In this document: piece after piece, positions 53,982-64,000 of the stretch
Layout of the letters: every line of letters starts with the position of its first letter
Numbering within the stretch: position 1 is the stretch's first letter
DNA from: Octopus sinensis
Taxonomy: Eukaryota
Assembly (NCBI RefSeq): GCF_006345805.1
Contig: NC_043006.1
Span: 82,398,001 to 82,462,000 of the forward strand
DNA length: 64,000 nt
Reading direction: 5' to 3'
Notes under the pieces: model-generated
What the model saw: only the letters and a program-made list of their open reading frames with translations
What the model was told of the DNA's origin: nothing
Databases searched by the model: none
Program-made: the position numbers and the translations under genes

Positions 53982-56344
53982 AATGTAATTTAGATTCAGG
54001 AATTAGGTACTTAAATTTAAGCATCTTGTTCGGACAAACTTATTCAAACACTCAAACAGCATTAGGTGTGTATCAAATTCTACATAGAATTTTTGCCACT
54101 CAAATATCATGCAGTGTATGCAGATAGCATGATCCAACTAAGTGAATACATCTGCACTTGTTTGTTCAGATAGTACTTTATATAAAGATACTTTCCAAAT
54201 ATTTCTGAAGTGGCAGATTCCAGGATAGGTGAGCAAAATATATATGAGTAACAAAGATGTATAAGTGTCAAGATGTTCTCGTATACCACCCCATCCATGA
54301 TCTACCCTTTTGGTGTTGATACAGCCAGATGTTAAGTTCCATTTTCTCAGATAGTAAAAGGATCTGTCCTGATACTAATTAATTTATAACTCCCGGATCT
54401 TTTCACTTTGACCGGCAGATTCTAAAAATAATTTCTTTGTAACTAAACACTCTTAAACTTGTTACTGGTAGAATGTGTCACATAAAACATCTTTTCTTCT
54501 TAGCGTTCCTGAGAAAATTATGTAGTTTGTAAGCTATTTCTTGCTTGTTTAATTTCTCATATTTCGGCATTTCAACCAACCATCAATGACGTCTATTGAG
54601 GTGAATACAATTTCTGCTGTTGTTTTTCGACAAGTTCAACAACAAATTTAACAACAAATAGCTTACAACTACAGAATTTTCTCAAGAATGCTAAGAAAAA
54701 ATGTTTTAGTGACACTTCTACCAGTATAACGCAGTTTAAAAGTGTTTTGTTACAAAGTGAAAAGATCCTAACTCCCTAAAGATCTAAATTTAGATGTTTT
54801 GAAGATTACATTCTTTCTATTGTCATTGATGTCTAGATAACAGGGTCACTACTCTATCCATCCATCCTCCCCACTGCCATTCTAGCCTATGTTATTTCTG
54901 GCTTGTCTGTCGCCTAATGTCCTTTTTCCATTCTGCCAAAAAGTTTAGCAGTGGAATCATTGTAAATATTTGCTCTCTATTGATGATATTAATATGTTTA
55001 AATATCTAACTTGTCTTTTATGGTTTGGGGTCTACGCAGTCATCTGACATGAATGGTTTACTTTATAATGATGTAATGTTTTCATTGCTCGAATAAAGGA
55101 GTCACTTGAAACAGCTGTAATGAATTGACACTTATACATCTTTGTTTCTTATATATATATATTATATATATATATATATAAAATGTAATTTAGATTCAGT
55201 TGAATTAGGTACTTAAATTTAAGCATCTTGTTCGGACAAACTTATTCAAACACTCAAACAGCATTAGGTGTGTATCAAATTCTACATAGAATTTTTGCCA
55301 CTCAATATTCATGCAGTGTATGCAGATAGCATGATCCAACTAAGTGAATACATCTGCACTTGTTTGTTCAGATATGTACTTTATATAAAGATACTTTCCA
55401 AATATTTCTGAAGTGCAGATTCCAGGATAGGTGAGCAAAATATATATGAGTAACAAAGATGTATAAGTGTCAAGATGTTCTCGTATACCACCCCATGATC
55501 TACCCTTTTGGTGTTGATACAGCCAGATGTTAAGTTCCATTTTCTCAGATAGTAAAAGGATCTGTCCTGATACTAATTAATTTATAACTCCCGGATCTTT
55601 TCACTTTGACCGGCAGATTCTAAAAATAATTTCTTTGTAACTAAACACTCTTAAACTTGTTACTGGTAGAATGTGTCACATAAAACATCTTTTCTTCTTA
55701 GCGTTCCTGAGAAAATTATGTAGTTTGTAAGCTATTTCTTGTTTAATTTCTCATATTTCGGCAATTTCAACCAATCAATGACGTCTATTGAGGTGAATAC
55801 AATTTCTGCTGTTGTTTTTCGACAAGTTCAACAACAAATTTAACAACAAATAGCTTACAAACTACAGAATTTTCTCAAGAATGCTAAGAAAAAAATGTTT
55901 TATGTGACACATTCTACCAGTATACGCAGTTTAAAAGTGTTTTGTTACAAAGTGAAAAGATCCTAACTCCCTAAAGATCTAAATTTAGATGTTTTGAAGA
56001 TTACATTCTTCCTATTGTCATTGATGTCTAGATAACAGGGTCACTACTCTCATCCATCCTCCCCACTGCCATTCTAGCCTATGTTAATTTCTGGCTTGTC
56101 TGTCGCCTTAATGTCCTTTTTCCATTCTGCCAAAAAGTTTAGCAGTGGAATCATTGTAAATATTTGCTCTCTATTGATGATATTAATATGTTTAAATATC
56201 TAACTTGTCTTTTATGGTTTGGGGTCTACGCAGTCATCTGACATGAATGGTTTACTTTATAATGATGTAATGTTTTCATTGCTCGAATAAAGGAGTCACT
56301 TGAAACAGCTGTAATGAATTGACACTTATACATCTTTGTTTCTT
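53982..56344. repeat. Tandem duplication of ~1.2 kb (53982-55150 and 55182-56344)
   Basis: Collinear copies bounded by (TA)n arrays, differing mainly by small indels. Confidence 0.95.
54395..54768. mobile_element. Merlin-like GGATCTTTT MITE subfamily with 8-bp TSD (second copy 55593-55963)
   Basis: ggatcttttcactttg...caaagtgaaaagatcc; perfect TSD taactccc. Confidence 0.8.
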
Positions 56345-56375
<31 letters not shown>

Positions 56376-56504
56376 CACTCATGTCTCTCTGAGACATTTA
56401 GAAATTCAATATTTCTAATTTTGGTGATCAGTAAATAAATTTTACTGAAAATAGGATATATTTGCAGACAGGCTGCAGCCATTTCAGCTAGCGAGACTTA
56501 CTAC

Positions 56505-56550
56505 CCTGGACTGATGACGAGCAATAGACTCAGAAACATATGTCTTCAGG
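56505..56550 (+). ncRNA. Type I hammerhead-ribozyme-like motif (Penelope-type minimal hammerhead), possibly inactive
   Basis: cctgga CTGATGA cgag caataga ctca GAAA catat GTC ttcagg: stem I cctgga/ttcagg, stem II gag/ctc with a mismatched closing pair, palindromic acatatgt, GUC cleavage triplet. Confidence 0.6.
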
Positions 56551-56874
56551 TGCTAGTCCCAGCTGGCGGGGGTGATTGCCTCCCCTTTGCAAATATAAGG
56601 ACACAGAAAATGTGTCAAAGTCGACAGGAAACGTCGATGTTTCCTAGGGCTAAATGGCAGTGGTGTAATTCCCTTATGGGACTGTCACGCTGAGTTGACA
56701 TTATACAACCACTATATATATATACATATATATATATATATACACATATATATATAAATATATATGTATATATATATATGTATGCATGTATGTATGTATG
56801 TATGTGTACATATTTATTTATATATTTATATACAGAGGATATCTGGATCTCATCTATGAACTATATATATATAT

Positions 56875-56947
56875 ATCTGTAAATGTAATTTGTGACTATT
56901 ATTCGGTAGTCATGACTGAATAATTGTCACATATTACATTTACAGAT
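56875..56947. repeat. 73-nt imperfect hairpin
   Basis: atctgtaaatgtaatttgtgactattattcggt pairs with actgaataattgtcacatattacatttacagat. Confidence 0.75.
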
Positions 56948-57667
56948 TAATTCCTCTATTTACATACTATCAAGGTCTCTTTCTTTCTTTTGTTGTCTTA
57001 CCATTTTTATCAATATATATATATTCACACACACGCATGCACACATGTATATATGTATGTATATTACTTGGTAGCTTCACTGGTGCTGATGCATGTAAAA
57101 AGCACCCAGTACACTCTGTATAGTGGTTAACATTAGGAAGGGCATCTAACAGTAGAAACCATGCTAAAGCACATAGTAGAGGTTGGCATAGTCCTTTGTC
57201 GCGCTAGCCCCTATCAAACCGTTCAACCCATGTTCACATGGAAATCAGATTTTAAATGGTGATAACAACAACGATGATGAGGATGATGACCACGATGTAT
57301 AATCATGCTATGTATGTGTATTCATGAACATCCATTCACATGTATTTAAATATAGACGGAAAGTCTGCTTTCAAGATCATGGAGTCAAAGGTTGTCATGG
57401 TTTTTAAAATGTTTAGGCTGAGAAAGATGTCAGTCCATGACAAGGTAAAGCACAAAAGGTGACATTGGGGCTAATTTTCACTGGAGTGTAATAGAGCAAC
57501 ATGAAATGATGTGCCTTGCTCAAGGACACAATGTGCTATTTGGCCAAAGAATTGAACCAATGGTATAATGATCAAGAGTTCAAATCCCCTCACCATTGAC
57601 CAATATTCCTTCATACATTTTATATATGCATTTAAATTGTTATATGTATTAGTGACAAAGGCAGTTT

Positions 57668-57698
57668 AGCAGAGTGGCGCAGTGGAAGCGTGCTGGGC
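57668..57698 (+). pseudogene. 5' half (nt 1-31) of initiator tRNA-Met, retroposed
   Basis: AGCAGAGTGGCGCAGTGGAAGCGTGCTGGGC matches from memory the invertebrate tRNA-iMet 5' end and stops at the anticodon loop. Confidence 0.85.
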
Positions 57699-58170
57699 TT
57701 TGATTCAACTAAAGGCGGTGCTGTAGCATGGCCGCAGTCAAATGACTGAAACAAGTAAAAGAGTAAAAGAATAAAGGCAGATTAATACCGAGAGGTAATA
57801 TTTATCCTCACTTAAATGTGGATGTTCTGTTAGAACAAACTATACTGTGGTGGAAACCACAAGAGAAACTCTCTTATAGGCTTTTGGTGCAGAAAGCATG
57901 TTTGTATGCTTATATCGCCAGCAGGGAGATAACTCCCCACCAACTCCAGCAGATCATAGGATTTCGATTTTCCTTGATCTCATTGGTGATAGACATATAT
58001 ATATATACAAAAAAATATATATATACAAAAATGTATATATATATACTTCCTGTATCTGTCCATTTGGCATTCCAAAGCCTGAAGGAGTCAGTAAAACCAA
58101 GGCCTGCAAAACTTGGAGTAGCGCAGAACCAAATCAAACTGTCTTAAATAATACACACACACACTCAAAT

Positions 58171-58219
<49 letters not shown>

Positions 58220-59518
58220 AGTGTTTATATCTCCTTGTCTTCACATCACATGACTGAATGTCATTCATTTCCACTATCCTGTGAAACCATATCTGGCCAT
58301 GAGTAAATATTACCTTACTTGGAAATCGCTTAGAATTAATGCCCGGAAAAGCAACTGGTTGCTAAAAACTGGAGGGTCTAGCTTATGATCCAAAGATTAG
58401 TGTTGACAACCAGTGCTGGTGTGTTTATGTACCTATAACTTAGCAGTTTGGAAGAAGAAGCTGGCAGAATAAGTACCAGGCTTATAAAAATAAGTACCAG
58501 AGCTGATTTGTTTGGGTAAAACACTATGATATTTATACTGGCTCACTGAATGTTATTCCAAGAAATATCAAAGGATCCAAAAGCTGTCATTTTAAGGTGT
58601 GTGTGTATACATATATATATGTATATATATATATATATATATATAGCTTACTGAATGTAGTAGTATTGCTGAAGCAGTCAAACCTATCTAGATTCAACAC
58701 AAACAAAAGTGTCCAATCACAGCTAAATGGCAGAACAAAGAGGTAGGGTTCACATGAGAACAAAAGCGATGATATTTCATGTAACATGAGACCAAAGTTT
58801 AAACAGAAACTGGTATCAATAAAAGCAAAACGTCATGGTTATCATGATGTACGTTTGGTGTTTATTAGTTCCACATCAGCCTTGATCATGCAAGTTGATG
58901 ATTAAAGTCAAGCAATTGCGAGCCAATTTAACTTTTTTCATTGTCATCTTCTGTTGAGTGTTAAGAAGGGCATGGTGAGCTGGAAGAAACGTTAGCACGC
59001 CGGGCGAAATGCTTAGCAATATTTTGTCTGACGCAATGTTCTGAGTTCAAATTCTGCCGAGGTTGACTTTGCCTTTCATCCTTTCGGGGTCGATTAAATA
59101 AGTACCAGTTATGCATTGGGGTCGATATAATTGACTTAATCCATTTGTCTGTCCTCAGTGTGTAGCCCCTTGTGGGCAGTAAAGAAATAAGAAGAGCATC
59201 CAGCCATAAAAACCATTCAAAACAGATACAGAAGTCTGGTGCAGGCTCCTCTGTGGCCGGCTCCTGTCAAACCATTCAACAAATGCCAGCAGGGAAAACA
59301 GACAGTGATGATGATCTTCATCATATTTATTGTCATTTTAATACTCATTTTTCCATGTTGGTATGGATTGGATGGAGTTTATTTTGAGGCAGATTCACTA
59401 CAGCCGAATGCCCTTCCTGTTGCCGCCCCTCACCCATTTCCAAGCAGAGTAATATTGTCGAGTGATGTTGGGGGGACAAATACAGACACACAAACATATA
59501 CACCACACATACATACAC

Positions 59519-59581
<63 letters not shown>

Positions 59582-59765
59582 ATATGTATATATACATACA
59601 TATATCCATGAGCTTCTTTCAGTTTCCGTCTACCAAATCCACTCATAAGGCTTTGGTCAGCCCGAGGCTATAGTAGAAGACACTTGCCCAAGGTGTCACG
59701 CAGTGGGACTGAACTAAAGATGTCAGTGAAATGTTGTTGCCCTACAACCGCATGTATAAATCATG

Positions 59766-59976
59766 TATAAATCAAAGGTAGGGACAGAAAGAACACAACA
59801 AACAGAAACCAACAAAACACACATGGAAAAATAAGTCTGGAGATAAGGGGGCAAAACTATAAGGGCTTTTCGGACTCCTGTTTTCCATTTGTTGTGCTAT
59901 CATCTATTTTTTTCCGCATGTTGTGTTTTGTTGGTTTCCGTTTGTTGTGTTCTTTCTGTCCTACCTTTGATTTATA
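59766..59976. repeat. Inverted repeat element (~65-bp arms)
   Basis: tataaatcaaaggtagggacagaaagaacacaacaaac pairs with gtttgttgtgttctttctgtcctacctttgatttata. Confidence 0.8.
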
Positions 59977-60152
59977 TATGTGTGTGTATGTGTGTGTGTG
60001 AGTGTGTGTATATATATATATATAATAGACATTCATTTTCCCGAGTGTCAAACTAATACAGTTACTTGTTTATACACCTGTCTTTGTCTTTTGCTTTTCT
60101 ATAAATTTCAACTATATTTATATATGTATGTATATATAAATGTAGTTTTATG

Positions 60153-60189
<37 letters not shown>

Positions 60190-61344
60190 ATATGTATGTG
60201 TGCGTGTAAATATATGTATATATGTATATATATACACACACACACATATATATATATATACATATATATATGCATATACACACACATATATATATGTATA
60301 TATATACATATCTATATATGTAAGTATGTACACATATACATACATGTGTGTGTGTGTGTGAAGATATATAAATATGTGTATATCTGAAAAAGATATATAT
60401 GTAAGTATATGTATGTGTGTATATATATATATATGATTATTATTTGAGGGAATATTAATCCTAACTTACATATATATTTATATATGTATACATAGATATA
60501 TGTATCTATGTATACACACAGACATACACATACACACACACACATACACACACACACACATATATATATTTATATAAATATATATATATATATATAGATG
60601 TATGTATGTATGTATGTATGCATATATGTACGTACATATCAATGCATGTATGCACACACACATACACTGATACATACATTCAAAGTTTACTATTTTTAGT
60701 TTTAGCTGCTGCTATTTTTTTTTTTAGACCATGTTGTTTAAACAAACAACATTCATTGAAAAAGAAAACAGAAAGAAAAAACCCCACCAAAAAAGTAAAC
60801 GAAAGGCAAAATATTCTCAAAACCCCTCAAAGCAAAACTACCCCAAATTTTTTACTTTTTTTTTTTATTCTAATTATATAATGTTGAGCACATCTTGTTT
60901 CAGTACCTCCAGTATCCCTTTGGTATGTTACTGATTATAAGTAATAGTTGCTGGTAATACTTGCATAGTTACGGCAACCTAGATTTGTGGCTCCTTCTAA
61001 TTCAACGTCTCAGATTACACGGTTACCTATGCTTATTCTCCAGGTGAAGGTAGCTTGCAGTAAGAAGAATTTATTGGTGTACAAAAAAAATACAAAAAAT
61101 AAATGCATAAAACATCTTGAATATATATATATATATATATAAACGATGATGATGATGATGATGATGATATACATATACACACACACACACACATATATAT
61201 ATTATATATATATATATATATATATGCATACATACTTACATACAAATATATATATATGTGTGTGTGTATGTATGCATATATAAAAATGTGTGTGTATATA
61301 TATATATGTTTGTATGCATGTATGTATTCATGATTCTATATATG

Positions 61345-61423
<79 letters not shown>

Positions 61424-61503
61424 ACACATACATTACATACATCACATACATATGTGTGAGTATATACGTAATACATACCTATATTAAAATAACCTGATGT
61501 GTT

Positions 61504-61538
<35 letters not shown>

Positions 61539-61619
61539 TGAAGTGTAGGAAGAAAGAAGACCCACACACACATGTATACATATTACACATATATGTGTGT
61601 GCGTGTGAGTCTGTGTGTG

Positions 61620-61667
<48 letters not shown>

Positions 61668-62734
61668 AACTTGATGTGATACTAAGACAGAAATAAGGAA
61701 AGAGAGAGAAAGAGACAGACAGTAGAAGGGAAGGAAGACCTGCCTATTCTATTATGTTTTGCTTGTTATTGTAGAACATACTGATATCAAATTACTAGAG
61801 ATCTATAATTGGGCATCATGTGATAATGAAAATGAGAAGAAATACAAAAAAGAAAACAAAAGACAAAGACAACAAACAATAATAGATATTATGCAATAAA
61901 TATACTGCTAAAAAAATATATCACGAATACATGACTTATGTGATATCTAATGTTGTCAATTAGACTATGGATATATGATGTGTATAATATAGTATAATGA
62001 TTTATGATTTATGTGTATTAAGTAATAAATGTCTGAATGTATGTGTTCTTTTCATTCTTTTATTCTTTTATTTGTTTCAGTCATTTTGTCAGCGGCCATG
62101 CTGGAGCACCGCCTTTAGTCAAACAATTTAACCCCAGGACTTATTCTTTGTAAGCCCAGTAATTATTTTATTGGTCTCTTTTGCCAAACTGCTAAGTTAT
62201 GGGGACGTGAATACACCAACATCGGTTGTCAAGCAATGGTGGGAGGACAAACACAGACACACACATAAACAGACACACACATTTATATATACATATATAT
62301 ACGACAGGCTTCTTTCTACCTACAAAATCCACTCATAAGGCTTTGGTTGGCCTGAGGCTATAGTAGAAGTCACTTGCTCAAGGTGCCACACAGTGGGACT
62401 GAACCCAGAACCATGTGCTCACGAAATTAATGTGCATGTGACTAAGCACTCCACAAACACATGTACCCTTAGTGTGATACAAAGTGGGATGAAGCTGGCC
62501 CTTTGAAATACAGGTACGACAGAAACAGGAAGAAAGAGTGAGAGAAAGTGATGGTGAAAGAGTACAGCAGAGTTTGCCTCCCACCGCCAGAGCCGCGTGT
62601 ACCTTTAGGTCTTTTTGCTCAATAAACACTCATAGCAACCTTTCTGGGAATTGAAACTGTGATCCTATGAGCGCGAGTCTGCTGCTCTAACCACTGGGCC
62701 AATCCACCTCCACATATAAAATTATATATATATA

Positions 62735-63031
62735 TCTTTATATATAAAAGTGAAGTTGTGTGTCTGTCTCCTACGATTTAGATTCCTAACTACTCCCACA
62801 TTTTGCGGTGCAGTTGAACCAAAACTGGGTATCTTATAGTCGTGATTCATATCGAGCCCTTCTGCATATTAGCGCGCGTCTACGATGAGTCTACGATTTT
62901 AAAAAAAATTTACCATAATTTTTTTTCCATTTTTAATGCATTTTTTTGCTATTTTTTGGCTATAACTCTCTAAAAATGCTTATATAGTTATTTCCCTTAC
63001 AAACCCGAGCAACGCCGGGCGATACTGCTAG
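62735..63031 (+). mobile_element. Non-autonomous Helitron, complete short copy
   Basis: A|TCTTTATATATAAA...cccgagcaacgccgggcgatactgCTAG|T; same family as 49958-50354. Confidence 0.85.
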
Positions 63032-63303
63032 TATATATATATATATATATATATCTACACATACCTATAATATATATACATACACATATATACATACATA
63101 TAATATATATACATACATATACATACATACATACATATATATATAGGTGCAGGAGTGGCTGTGTGATAAGTAGCTTGCTTACTAAGCATGGTTCCAGGTT
63201 CAGTCCCATTGCATGGCACCTTGGGCAAGTGTCTTTTACTATAGCCTTACGCTAACCAAAGCCTTGAGAGTGGATTTAGTAGATGGAAACTGAAAGAAGC
63301 CTG

Positions 63304-63341
<38 letters not shown>

Positions 63342-64000
63342 GTTTGTGTGTCTGTGTTTGTTCCCACCCCCCACCATTGCTTGACAAACAATGTTGGTGT
63401 GTTTACATACCCGTTACTTAGCAGTTTGGCAAAAGAGACTAATAGAATCAGTACTAGGATTACAAAGCATGTTATCATTATGATTGTTTCTTTTATGTTT
63501 ATCTTGTCAAGCTGGCATGGGTTGGATGAGATATTTGAGTTAATGTGATATAAGAGATACCCTTCTCAACATCAAGTTTTTTAGAATTGGGTTTCATAAA
63601 AACAACAGATATACTGTGTATGTATTTTAGGAACTCAGGACACAAATATGCACAAACACATACATCTTCATACCTCCACCTATACATACACATGCACACA
63701 CACACACACACACACAGATGCATGTGTATATATATATACATACATATATATATATATATATACATCATCATCGTTTAGTGTCCGTTTTCCATGCTAGCAT
63801 GGGTTGGACGGTTCTACTGGGGTCTGTGAAGCCAGAAGGCTTCATCAGGCCCAGTCAAATCTGGCAGTGTTTCTACGGCTGGATGCCCTTCCTAACGCCA
63901 ACCACTCCGTGAGTGTAGTGGGTGCTTTTTACGTGCCACCCGCACAGGTGCCAGACATGTACATTTAAACACAAGAGAAACTACCTTTAACAGGTACTTT

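Noticed and set aside
56875-56947. Pre-miRNA-sized hairpin
   Set aside because: AT-rich, flanked by TA runs like the other repeat-derived fold-backs, and no recognised mature miRNA.
58652-58722. Possible upstream TMEM47 exon on the minus strand (CDWTLLFVLNLDRFDCFSNTTTF, tttag/gtaag, compatible phase)
   Set aside because: Lacks the W...GLW/F..C signature of the first extracellular loop; splice sites alone are weak evidence without RNA data.

Overview
AT-rich, microsatellite-dense animal genomic DNA, most likely an octopus (inferred from OR-type CORE-SINEs and the repeat landscape). Nearly all ORFs in the supplied track are microsatellite or SINE artefacts. Two real spliced genes were read by hand and converge: the last two coding exons of RER1 (+, 1063-1198 and 3233-3322) and the last two coding exons of a TMEM47/VAB-9 claudin-superfamily gene (-, 41682-41831 and 38462-38697; its 5' exons were not found). 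The rest is mobile DNA: at least four SINE families, decayed mariner (DD34D-type) and maT-like (DD37D) transposons, GG...CC-ended Merlin-like MITEs with 8-9 bp TSDs, TTAA piggyBac-like MITEs, non-autonomous Helitrons, CR1/RTE fragments, and many long fold-back elements. Most notable: a TSD-flanked chimera of an initiator tRNA-Met 5' half and a SINE 3' tail (57668-57772); a type I hammerhead-like motif at the tip of a long stem (56505-56550), with related degenerate cores in several fold-backs; a perfect 251-bp palindrome; a locally templated insertion that preserves a transposon empty site; and a 1.2-kb tandem duplication that may be an assembly artefact. No novel protein-coding system is supported. 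All alignments were done by eye, and repeat boundaries are approximate.
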